The notes beneath the pieces were generated by a model, which worked only from the letters and a program-made list of their open reading frames with translations, did no database searches and was not told the DNA's origin. From an uncultured Bacilli bacterium (GTDB lineage: Bacteria > Bacillota_I > Bacilli_A > RF39 > UBA660): DNA of 64,000 nucleotides. Position numbers and translations under genes: made by a program. Of this stretch, positions 55,451 through 64,000 are shown in pieces (position 1 is the first letter of the stretch; every line of letters starts with the position of its first letter). The DNA lies in NCBI GenBank assembly GCA_934101185.1, contig CAKOQD010000002.1, positions 11,554 to 75,553 of the forward strand, written 5' to 3'.

Positions 55451-56366
55451 TGAAGAAGACAATGTAGAATTATTCTACAAAGAAGCAGTAAAAACATATA
55501 AAGAACAAAACTATAAACTAGAACTAGTATTCATTGATGATGGTTCAAAAGACAATACTTTAAAAAACTTAAAAGAACTAACCAAAGAACAAGACTGTGA
55601 AATAAAAGTTCTATCATTCTCAAGAAACTTTGGAAAAGAATCAGCAATTTATGCCGGATTAAAAAACACAACCGGAGACTACACTGTAATAATAGACGCT
55701 GATCTTCAACAACCACCAGAACTAACTATAAAAATGGCCAACATTCTTGATGAAAATAAGTACGATTGCGTTTGCTACTACCAAGAAGAAAGAATAGAAA
55801 ACAAACTATTATCAAAAATAAAAAATACTTTCTATAAAACAATGAACAAAATGTCCGAAGTAGAACTAAAACAAGGTGCTAGTGATTTTAGAATGTTTAA
55901 TAACAAAGTAAAAAACTCCTTACTAGAAATAAAAGAATACTATCGTTTCTCTAAAGGAATATTCTCATGGATAGGATATGATACTAAATACTTACCATAC
56001 ATTCCAAAACAAAGAAACTCAGGAACAACTAAATGGAGCTTTATAAAACTTTTAAAATACGGAATAAGTGGAATAATATCTTTTTCAACAATGCCATTAA
56101 AACTAGCAACATACTCAGGACTAACCCTTTCACTAGTAGCATTTATCTACTTATTCATCATAATAATTCAAAAACTATTCTTTGAAATATCAATACCAGG
56201 ATACCCAACAGTAGTATCATGCATACTTCTAATCGGAGGATTTCAACTATTCTGTATTGGTATCATCGGAGAATACTTAGGAAAAACATATATAGAAACA
56301 AAAAATAGGCCAATATATATAATAAAGGAAGAAATAACAAATGATAAAACTAAAAAATCTATATAA
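55416..56366 (+). CDS. Family 2 glycosyltransferase, GtrB/CsbB-like polyprenyl-phosphate sugar synthase
   Basis: SMIIPCYNEEDN, FIDDGSKDNT, IIDADLQQPPE (DxD). Two C-terminal TM helices. Confidence 0.85.
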   Translation: MKKVSMIIPCYNEEDNVELFYKEAVKTYKEQNYKLELVFIDDGSKDNTLKNLKELTKEQDCEIKVLSFSRNFGKESAIYAGLKNTTGDYTVIIDADLQQPPELTIKMANILDENKYDCVCYYQEERIENKLLSKIKNTFYKTMNKMSEVELKQGASDFRMFNNKVKNSLLEIKEYYRFSKGIFSWIGYDTKYLPYIPKQRNSGTTKWSFIKLLKYGISGIISFSTMPLKLATYSGLTLSLVAFIYLFIIIIQKLFFEISIPGYPTVVSCILLIGGFQLFCIGIIGEYLGKTYIETKNRPIYIIKEEITNDKTKKSI

Positions 56367-56763
56367 AAAATATAAAGAAATAATAAATTATCTAATAATC
56401 GGAGGTCTAACAACAGTAGTAAGCCTTGCAACATTCTACATAGTAAGAATATTTTTTCTAACAAACGACACTCAACTAGATATACAAATATCAAATATAA
56501 TATCATGGTTCTTCGCAGTACTATTTGCATTTATAACCAATAAAAAATATGTATTTGAATCAAAAAAAGAAGGAAAAGAAAAACTAATAGAAATGATAAA
56601 ATTCTATCTATCTAGAATTACAACTCTTTTAATAGATATGGCTACAATGTGGTTACTAACTGCACCATTAAACATAAATGATAAAATATCAAAAATAATA
56701 GTACAATTCATAATAGTAGTCCTAAACTACGTATTCAGTAAAATATTTGTATTTAATAAATAA
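56341..56763 (+). CDS. GtrA/GtcA family small membrane protein
   Basis: 140 aa, 4 TM. INYLIIGGLTTVVS and FITNKKYVF motifs. Confidence 0.8.
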   Translation: MIKLKNLYKKYKEIINYLIIGGLTTVVSLATFYIVRIFFLTNDTQLDIQISNIISWFFAVLFAFITNKKYVFESKKEGKEKLIEMIKFYLSRITTLLIDMATMWLLTAPLNINDKISKIIVQFIIVVLNYVFSKIFVFNK

Positions 56764-56789
56764 CATACTAAAAAATAGTATGTTTTTTT
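56763..56789 (+). terminator. Intrinsic terminator after the GtrA-like gene
   Basis: acatacta / tagtatgt 8-bp stem followed by T6. Confidence 0.75.
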
Positions 56790-56822
56790 AATCAAAAGAG
56801 TACAATTAAATAGGTGATATAA

Positions 56823-57047
56823 ATGCGATTATCAGAACTACAACATAAAGACATAGTAAACTTAGATGGAAAAAAGATAGGAAACATTATAGATGTAAAA
56901 CTAAATCAAGATGGAACCTTAATATCATTAGTAATAGAAACACAAAAAACTCTATTTAGAATCGGATCAAAAGAAAACGAAGCAGAAATAAGTTGGGACA
57001 AAATCCAAAGAATAGGAGAAGACGTTATCTTAGTTAAGATTAATTAA
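56823..57047 (+). CDS. YlmC/YmxH family sporulation protein (PRC-barrel)
   Basis: 74 aa. MRLSELQHKDIVNLDGKKIGNIIDV. Confidence 0.85.
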   Translation: MRLSELQHKDIVNLDGKKIGNIIDVKLNQDGTLISLVIETQKTLFRIGSKENEAEISWDKIQRIGEDVILVKIN

Positions 57048-57095
57048 TGACACAAAAATAAAAATATGTTAAAATATAACATATTAGGTAGTAGT

Positions 57096-57209
57096 ATGAA
57101 AAAAAGACTAAGAAAGGCATTAAAAGAAACAGAAAAAATTATAAATGATAAAAATAAAAAAGGATACAAAACAATTAAAGAACTATTTGAAGCATTAGAA
57201 GACAATTAA
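57096..57209 (+). CDS. Possible 37-aa basic/acidic small protein
   Basis: MKKRLRKALKETEKIINDKNKKGYKTIKELFEALEDN. Only a weak RBS (taggta). Resembles C-terminal tails of small antitoxin-like proteins, but there is no partner gene. Confidence 0.25.
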   Translation: MKKRLRKALKETEKIINDKNKKGYKTIKELFEALEDN

Positions 57210-57270
57210 ACAATTTTAACTTAACTTATATGAAAAAATAATATAAAAAAAGATGCAATCTATCATCTTT

Positions 57271-57717
57271 TTATTTGAGTTTGTAACCTAATTTTTCTAA
57301 TTCTAATATAGCAATCGCAGATAATTCATCTTTTGATAATTTACTAATATCAAAGAAATCTGCACCAAGAGAATCATCATTTACATCATTTACTTCTACT
57401 TCTTTTTTAATTTCGTTAGTATAACTTAAAACTTTAAAGAAAATACCAATATGATGAACTTTTGCTAAAACATCTTCCTTAACTTGCCAGTCGAAAAAAA
57501 CAGAGTCAGCATCAAACAATTGGTAATCAACTACTTCAATACCAACTTCTTCCATTAACTCTCTTTTTAAAGCATTTTCAGGTTTCTCACCAAACTCTAT
57601 TGTACCACCAGGTAAATCTAACTTTCCATTATATGGACCACCAAACTTCTTAATAAGTAAAATCATATTGTCTTTAATAATCAATCCATAAGCTCCTAAA
57701 TGTTTCATTTCTTTCAT
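57271..57717 (-). CDS. NUDIX hydrolase
   Basis: Nudix box GGTIEFGEKPENALKRELMEEVGI. Confidence 0.85.
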   Translation of the reverse strand: MKEMKHLGAYGLIIKDNMILLIKKFGGPYNGKLDLPGGTIEFGEKPENALKRELMEEVGIEVVDYQLFDADSVFFDWQVKEDVLAKVHHIGIFFKVLSYTNEIKKEVEVNDVNDDSLGADFFDISKLSKDELSAIAILELEKLGYKLK

Positions 57718-57835
57718 TATTTATTCCCACTTTCTTATTTCTATTCAATACAATTATAACACACTTGGAATAATTAGTAATAAAATTAACACTATAATCT
57801 CAATATATGATAAAATTGTACCAGGAGTGATCGCA

Positions 57836-58246
57836 ATGAATGGAAACAAAATAATAGTTCATACACTAATTAAAACAAATAAAGGATATCTAGTTACAAA
57901 AAGATCAAAAGAGGAAACAACATATAAAGAATATTGGGACATACCCGGAGGGTTAGCAAATTATGGTGAGCTTCCTAGAAAAACCGCAATTAGAGAAACT
58001 AAAGAGGAAGTCGGGTTAGATATTACACCAACTAGAATAATACACGAAGATAGTAATTTTGATAAACCAAAAAACTTAATTTTTATTAGATTAGTATATT
58101 TATGTGAATTAAACTCAAAAATTGATGAAATAATCTTACAAGAGGAAGAACATTCAGAATACAGATTCATTAAATCTTTAAAAGACTTAGAAAATGAAAA
58201 GATTTGCCCATTTCTTTTCGAAGTATTTAATAACCCATTGGTGTAA
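57836..58246 (+). CDS. NUDIX hydrolase
   Basis: Nudix box GGLANYGELPRKTAIRETKEEVGL. ATG at 57836 lies 8 nt after aggag. Confidence 0.8.
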   Translation: MNGNKIIVHTLIKTNKGYLVTKRSKEETTYKEYWDIPGGLANYGELPRKTAIRETKEEVGLDITPTRIIHEDSNFDKPKNLIFIRLVYLCELNSKIDEIILQEEEHSEYRFIKSLKDLENEKICPFLFEVFNNPLV

Positions 58247-58310
58247 GTCTAAAAATATCTTACAATTTACTTATTAAAACATATATGTTAAAATATAACT
58301 GGTGATTTAA

Positions 58311-58775
58311 ATGCAAAAAAAAATCTATATAACTTCATTTATATTAATGCTTATAGATTTACTAACAAAATACTTAGTATCAAACTATTTAACATTTAAA
58401 GAAGTAATACCTAATTTCTTTAATATATATTTAACTCACAATAATGGGGCCGCATTTTCTATATTAAAAAACAATCAAATACTATTAATAATAATATCAA
58501 TACTTGTATTATTTTATATAATAAAATACATGATACCAAAAATAACAACAAATATAGAATATATCTCAATATCAATGATAATCGGTGGAACACTAGGAAA
58601 CCTATTTGATAGAGTATACCATAACTATGTAATAGACTTCATAAGCTTAAAAATATTTAAATACAACTTTCCAGTATTTAACCTAGCAGACATCTTAATA
58701 ACATGCGGAGCAATAATCTTAATAATAATTCTAATAAGGAGTGATAAAAGTGCAAATAATCTCGGACAAAAGTAA
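58311..58775 (+). CDS. lspA: Lipoprotein signal peptidase (signal peptidase II)
   Basis: HNNGAAFS and FNLADI motifs, 4 TM. Confidence 0.9.
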   Translation: MQKKIYITSFILMLIDLLTKYLVSNYLTFKEVIPNFFNIYLTHNNGAAFSILKNNQILLIIISILVLFYIIKYMIPKITTNIEYISISMIIGGTLGNLFDRVYHNYVIDFISLKIFKYNFPVFNLADILITCGAIILIIILIRSDKSANNLGQK

Positions 58776-59637
58776 TATAAGACTAGATGCTTACTTATCT
58801 GAAGAAACAGAATATACAAGAAGCAAAATACAAAAACTAATAAAAGATAATCAAATAACAGTAAATGATAAAAAGACAAACTCAAGTTACAAATTAAAAG
58901 AAAATGACATAATAAACATCAATGAACTAGAAGAAGAAATAACGGATATCTTACCAGAAAAAATGGATTTAGATATAGTTTATGAAGATGAATACCTAGC
59001 AATAATAAATAAACAAAGTGGACTAGTAGTCCATCCAGCAGTAGGCAATCTAAATCATACCTTAGTAAATGGTCTTTTATATCATTTTAATGAAATAAGT
59101 AATAAAAATACAATAAGACCAGGAATAGTCCATAGACTAGATAAAGATACAAGTGGTCTTATGATCGTAGCTAAAAACGATCAAGTTCATGAAAAACTAT
59201 CAAACATGATAAGAAAAAAACAAGTAGAAAGAAAATACCTTGCACTAGTCTGGGGAGTAGTAAGACATGACAAAGGAACAATTGATGCTCCAATTGGAAG
59301 AGACATCAACAATAGACAAAAATATGCGGTAACAGACATCAATAGTAAAGACTCGATAACACACTTTAAAGTAATTGAAAGATATAAAGAAGCAACTTTA
59401 ATTGAATGTACTCTAGAAACCGGTAGAACTCATCAAATAAGAGTGCATTTATCATACATTGGACACCCAATAGTAAATGATGAAGTATACTGCAATAAAA
59501 AATTAATAAATAAAGACTTTGGTCAAATGCTTCATTCAAAAAGTATAAAACTAATTCATCCAGTAACAAAACAAGAACTATACTATGAACAAGAACCACC
59601 AAAAAAATTTATAGAAATATTAGAACAATTTAAATAA
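58750..59637 (+). CDS. rluD: RluA/RluD family 23S rRNA pseudouridine synthase
   Basis: S4-like N-terminus, HRLDKDTSGLMIVAK catalytic motif. GTG at 58750 is preferred (9 nt after aggag); the track start is 58741. Confidence 0.85.
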   Translation: MQIISDKSNIRLDAYLSEETEYTRSKIQKLIKDNQITVNDKKTNSSYKLKENDIININELEEEITDILPEKMDLDIVYEDEYLAIINKQSGLVVHPAVGNLNHTLVNGLLYHFNEISNKNTIRPGIVHRLDKDTSGLMIVAKNDQVHEKLSNMIRKKQVERKYLALVWGVVRHDKGTIDAPIGRDINNRQKYAVTDINSKDSITHFKVIERYKEATLIECTLETGRTHQIRVHLSYIGHPIVNDEVYCNKKLINKDFGQMLHSKSIKLIHPVTKQELYYEQEPPKKFIEILEQFK

Positions 59638-59847
59638 AGACATCTATCTATTGGCAAAGGGGTCGAAGTGGTATTAATTAAAAACAAAATATAAGAAATG
59701 GAGTGTAACAAATAGATATTTATAGAATAAAAATAGGTTTTCCGGGCCAATAAATAAATGTCTGATACCACTATAAACTATATCAAAAACCCTGTCAAAT
59801 GACCAAATCAAAGATTTTAACACCAAAAAACATACCAAAAATAAGAT

Positions 59848-59870
59848 TTGCCCTAGGGCAATTTTTATTT
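59848..59870 (+). terminator. GC-containing stem-loop plus T-run in the rluD-ackA spacer
   Basis: ttgcc-ctag-ggcaa followed by tttttattttt. Confidence 0.55.
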
Positions 59871-60097
59871 TTAAAATAATAAAACAAACATCCGTTCATA
59901 AAAAACTAGACTAAATCTTAAAAATGAACAAATTAACAAAAAATGAAAAAAATTACAACTCCTAAAATAAGACCATTTTCTTACCCCAAAAATGTCATCA
60001 TAAAACACTAATTCATTACAAAAAATATAACAATTACCTAGAAAAATATCATATTTTGTGTTATTATACTTATAGTAATTAGAAAGGAAGAGGTAAA

Positions 60098-61276
60098 ATG
60101 AAAATATTATCAGTAAATGCAGGAAGTTCATCATTAAAATTTCAAATGTATGAAATGCCTGAAGAAAAAGTACTTATTTCCGGAGTATTTGAACGTATAG
60201 GAATAGGAAATAGCTTCTATACAATAAAACTAAACGGAGAAAAAATCAAAAAAGAAAGAGAAGTTTCTAATCATGAAGAAGCAGTTAAAATCTTAACTGA
60301 AGAACTATTAGAAAACAAAGTAGTTTCATCACTAGATGAAATTGAAGCAATTGGACATAGAATGGTACACGGAGGAGACAAATATCAAACATCTACAATA
60401 ATTGATGAAGATGTAATAAAATCATCTGAAGAATTATTAGAATTAGCACCAATTCATATTCCAGCAAACCTAACTGGAGTAAGAGCATTCCAAAAAATAA
60501 TTCCAAATGCAACAGCAGTCGCAGTATTTGATACATCATTCCATCAAACACTACCAAAAGAAGCATACATCTATCCAGTACCATATGAATGGTATGAAAA
60601 ATATGGAGTTAGAAAATATGGTTTCCATGGTACAAGTCATAAATACGTTTCAATGAGAATGAATGAAATACTAGGAAGAACAGACACAAAAATAATTACA
60701 TGCCATATCGGAAGTGGTGGTTCAATATCAGCAGTTCTAAATGGTAAATCAATTGATACATCATTAGGATTCACACCAAATGCTGGTATAGTAATGGGTA
60801 CAAGAAGTGGAGACATAGACGCTTTAATTATTCCATTCATCATGAAAAAAGAAAACTTAACAATATCTGAAGTAGACAACATTCTAAATAAGAAAAGTGG
60901 ACTACTTGGAATTAGTAAAAAATATAGTGATTCAAGAGATATCGAAGAAGGTATTAAAAATGGTGATGAACTATGCAAACTAGCTCAAGATATATATGTA
61001 AGAAGAATAGTAGAATACATTGCTAAATACTATGTATTACTTGGAGGATGCGATGCAATTGTTATGACCGCAGGAGTCGGAGAAAACTCAATTCCAACAA
61101 GAAAACAAATTCTAGATAAACTATCTGTACTAGGAGTCCAAATAGATGAAGAAAGAAACAACATTCGAGGAGAAGAACAATTAATCACTAAAGACACATC
61201 AAAAATACCAGTATGGGTAATCCCAACAGATGAAGAATTAATGATCGCTAGAGATACATATGAACTAGCAAAATAG
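60098..61276 (+). CDS. ackA: Acetate kinase
   Basis: MKILSVNAGSSSLKFQ, GFHGTSH, TAGVGENS motifs. Confidence 0.95.
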   Translation: MKILSVNAGSSSLKFQMYEMPEEKVLISGVFERIGIGNSFYTIKLNGEKIKKEREVSNHEEAVKILTEELLENKVVSSLDEIEAIGHRMVHGGDKYQTSTIIDEDVIKSSEELLELAPIHIPANLTGVRAFQKIIPNATAVAVFDTSFHQTLPKEAYIYPVPYEWYEKYGVRKYGFHGTSHKYVSMRMNEILGRTDTKIITCHIGSGGSISAVLNGKSIDTSLGFTPNAGIVMGTRSGDIDALIIPFIMKKENLTISEVDNILNKKSGLLGISKKYSDSRDIEEGIKNGDELCKLAQDIYVRRIVEYIAKYYVLLGGCDAIVMTAGVGENSIPTRKQILDKLSVLGVQIDEERNNIRGEEQLITKDTSKIPVWVIPTDEELMIARDTYELAK

Positions 61277-61289
61277 AAAGAATGATAAA

Positions 61290-62261
61290 ATGTATAAACA
61301 AATATTTAAACAAATAAAAAAATATAATAATATTGTATTAGTAAGACACGTTGGAATAGATCCTGACGCAATGGCCAGTCAAACAGCATTAAGAGATTCA
61401 ATAAAACTAACATTTCCTGAAAAAAACGTCTATGCAATTGGAAATGGTACAGTAAGATTTAACTACATGGGAAAACTAGATAAAAACATTGATTTTTCTA
61501 CCATAAATAATATCTTATTAATAGTTTTAGACACACCAGATATAAAAAGAGTAGACATGGGAGATCTTGAAAAATACGATTATAGTATAAAAATAGATCA
61601 CCATCCATTTGTTAATAAGTTTTGCGATATAGAACTAATAAACGATAAAAAATCAAGTGCTTCAGAAATGGTATACGATTTAATTACAAATACAAAACTA
61701 AAACTAAACGAAGAAATAGCAAAAACACTATTCTGTGGAATAGTATCAGATACTAATAGATTCATGTTTTCTAACTCTAGTTCTGAAACATTTAAATGTA
61801 TATCAAACATCCTAAAAGAATATCCATTCGACATAACAAAATTATACAAAGAAATATACAAAAGACCATTCTCTGAAATACAACTATTCGGACACATGAT
61901 AAGCAATATGAAAATATCAGACTATGGAGTAGGATATGTTAAAATAGGAAGCCAAACACTTACTAAATACAATCTTGATACAGCATCATCAGGTAACCTA
62001 ATAAATGATTTCAATAACATTGAAGAATTACTTGTATGGCTATGTGCAACCGAAGATATAAAAAACAGTTGCATAAGAGTATCAATCCGCTCTAACGGAC
62101 CAGTCATAAATAAAGTAGCAGAAAAATATAATGGTGGTGGACATAACCTAGCATGCGGTGCTAGACTATCATCATTCGAAGACGTAGACTTATTAGTAAA
62201 AGACCTAGACTATGTCTGCAAAAAATATATAGAAAGTAGTGATATAGATGAAAATTACTAG
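61290..62261 (+). CDS. nrnA: DHH/DHHA1 phosphoesterase, NrnA-like oligoribonuclease/pAp phosphatase
   Basis: DPDAMAS, IDHHPF (DHH), GGGHNLACGA (DHHA1). Confidence 0.8.
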   Translation: MYKQIFKQIKKYNNIVLVRHVGIDPDAMASQTALRDSIKLTFPEKNVYAIGNGTVRFNYMGKLDKNIDFSTINNILLIVLDTPDIKRVDMGDLEKYDYSIKIDHHPFVNKFCDIELINDKKSSASEMVYDLITNTKLKLNEEIAKTLFCGIVSDTNRFMFSNSSSETFKCISNILKEYPFDITKLYKEIYKRPFSEIQLFGHMISNMKISDYGVGYVKIGSQTLTKYNLDTASSGNLINDFNNIEELLVWLCATEDIKNSCIRVSIRSNGPVINKVAEKYNGGGHNLACGARLSSFEDVDLLVKDLDYVCKKYIESSDIDENY

Positions 62262-62841
62262 TTGCGAATTCAAAATAAGTGCTGTTCGCCGTAGCCAATA
62301 CCCCGAAGACAATCTACCAGAATTCATGCTTGTAGGAAGAAGCAACGTTGGTAAAAGTAGCTTTATCAACATGCTTGTTAATAACAAAAAAATGGCAAGA
62401 GTATCAAATACACCAGGAAAAACAAAAAATCTAAACTTCTTCTTAGTAAACAATGACTTCTTTTTAGTGGACGTTCCAGGATATGGATACGCAAGCGTTA
62501 GTAAAAAAGAACAAAGAAAATTTGGTCTTATGATCGAAGAATACCTAGAAAAAAGAGAAAACCTAAAAAGAACTTTCATGCTAGTAGACATAAGACATAA
62601 ACCATCAAATGACGATGTGTTAATGTACAAGTTCTTAAAATATTACAACGTTCCAGTAACAATAATAGCTACTAAAATAGACAAACTACCTAAATCAAAA
62701 CTTCCAAAAGCTGAAGAATTAGTAATAAAAACACTCCAGTTAGAAAATACAGACAAATTAATTCTAATATCAAACACTACAAAACAAGGAAGAGATTTAG
62801 TATTAAATGAAATCGAAGACCTAATATCAGAAACATTATAG
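62248..62841 (+). CDS. engB: Ribosome biogenesis GTP-binding protein YsxC/EngB
   Basis: GRSNVGKSSFIN (G1), DVPGYGYA (G3), TKIDK (G4). Confidence 0.9.
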   Translation: MKITSCEFKISAVRRSQYPEDNLPEFMLVGRSNVGKSSFINMLVNNKKMARVSNTPGKTKNLNFFLVNNDFFLVDVPGYGYASVSKKEQRKFGLMIEEYLEKRENLKRTFMLVDIRHKPSNDDVLMYKFLKYYNVPVTIIATKIDKLPKSKLPKAEELVIKTLQLENTDKLILISNTTKQGRDLVLNEIEDLISETL

Positions 62842-62873
62842 GTCTTTTTTCATACAATATTCTAGGTGTTTAT

Positions 62874-63338
62874 ATGAAAATAATTACTAATAAAGATGAT
62901 TTAAATATAATTATCTATAAAAATGAGATAAACTGTGATCTAAAACAAAAAGATCACTTAGAAAAATACATAAAAAAAATAATACTAAATATTAAAAGAA
63001 AAAATATTATAAACATAAATGGTTTTTATAAAATAAATGTATACCATAATGAAAAGTTTGGTATAATCTTAGACATATTAAAAGAAGATGAACTAGACTT
63101 CTTCAAAGACTTCTTAGACTTTAAAGTAATAGTAAATTATAATAGTGATATTTACTTTTCATTCGATGATTACTTCATAATTAATAATAAAAACATATAC
63201 TATAATGATAATAAATACTATATAAACATTAAAAACTTAAAACAAAAAGAAATACTAAAACTATCAGAATTTGCAAAAATAATATATGGAAAACCACTCG
63301 AAGACATAAAATCAAAATTAAAACTTGTAATAGCGTAA
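62874..63338 (+). CDS. Hypothetical protein
   Basis: 154-aa ORF with core-type codon usage. No family recognised. Confidence 0.45.
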   Translation: MKIITNKDDLNIIIYKNEINCDLKQKDHLEKYIKKIILNIKRKNIININGFYKINVYHNEKFGIILDILKEDELDFFKDFLDFKVIVNYNSDIYFSFDDYFIINNKNIYYNDNKYYINIKNLKQKEILKLSEFAKIIYGKPLEDIKSKLKLVIA

Positions 63339-63373
63339 TTTATATGTTAATATACAAAGAAAGAAGGGATAAT

Positions 63374-64000
63374 ATGTTTAAATTTAGTGAAGAAAAAATA
63401 AATAATTTAACAAGTGAAAAACTACAAAATAAAATGGAAACATTTAAAAGTACAATGGAAGAAACATTTAAAAGTAAAGACTTAAAATATATGAATGATA
63501 ATCTAGAAACATTAAGAATCTTTATATTAAAATCAAAACTATTTCAATATCCATATAAAGCAATGTATAACAATTCATCAAATGAACTAATGATTCTAGA
63601 AGAAGATGATACAATATACCATGAACTATTACATCTATCATGTAATAATAGAAAAAACAAAAACACCATAAGAGGCTTTACTCACTATACAAAAAAACAA
63701 AAAAATATCTTATCATTTGGTACTGGATTAGATGAAGTATATACTGAAATATTAGCAAACAGACTATTTAATAAAGAAATAAATGCAACAACTCCAAAAA
63801 CAGTAGAACTAGTATTACAATTAGAACAATTAATAGATAATTTACCATCACTATATCTTAATTCAGACTTATATGAATTAGTTTTAGAACTAAGTAAATA
63901 CACAAATATAAATGAATCATTAGAGTTCATATACAACATTGATAGACTATATACACTAGAACAAAATATAAAAAATCATGATAAATACAATGAAATATAT
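63374..64000 (+). CDS. Hypothetical protein with an HExxH motif, 3'-truncated by the window edge
   Basis: ATG at 63374 after the RBS gaaggga. The frame stays open to position 64000 (209 codons). Contains YHELLHLS, a possible zinc-metallopeptidase motif. Confidence 0.5.
   Translation, partial: MFKFSEEKINNLTSEKLQNKMETFKSTMEETFKSKDLKYMNDNLETLRIFILKSKLFQYPYKAMYNNSSNELMILEEDDTIYHELLHLSCNNRKNKNTIRGFTHYTKKQKNILSFGTGLDEVYTEILANRLFNKEINATTPKTVELVLQLEQLIDNLPSLYLNSDLYELVLELSKYTNINESLEFIYNIDRLYTLEQNIKNHDKYNEIY

Noticed and set aside
59583-59771. 62-aa minus-strand ORF spanning the rluD 3' end and the spacer
   Set aside because: It overlaps the rluD coding end, has no RBS and has a low-complexity hydrophobic composition. 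The region is better explained as RNA structure.

Overview
AT-rich, spore-forming Firmicutes-type chromosome segment. Sporulation genes present: alpha/beta SASP, SpoIIAA-like/SigF-like, spoVAC-AD-AE, sigG, ylmC/ymxH. Almost all genes lie on the + strand. Housekeeping content: hsp20, tig, thiI, rpsO-pnp, scpAB, tRNA-Leu(CAA), coaE, nrdDG, a type IIA topoisomerase B subunit, rpsD, rhomboid, ddl, rumA-like, murD, lspA-rluD, ackA, nrnA, engB.

Main non-core content:
(1) A ~9.4 kb accessory island starts exactly at the 3' end of tRNA-Leu (about 16992-26400). It has a visibly different codon usage. It carries a dead large-serine-recombinase remnant, several orphan ORFs, and a T-box-controlled archaeal-type AspRS next to PepC. 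Five copies of a tRNA-acceptor-end-like motif (hairpin + RGYACCA + hairpin) sit at the module boundaries.
(2) The spoIIA-like operon has no spoIIAB, and its STAS protein has Ala where SpoIIAA has the phospho-Ser.
(3) A secreted NlpC/P60-dockerin protein is translationally coupled to a membrane-anchored cohesin-like protein with five cadherin-like repeats.
(4) A G10 tract separates a strong RBS/ATG from a 469-aa exported-protein ORF, which suggests a phase-variation switch. A candidate type I toxin-antitoxin-like locus lies next to it, and a YfhO/GT2/GtrA glycosylation module lies downstream.

No rRNA, CRISPR array or intact transposase/integrase was seen. Coordinates of non-ORF features were counted by hand from the printed sequence, anchored on the ORF track, and may be off by 1-2 nt.
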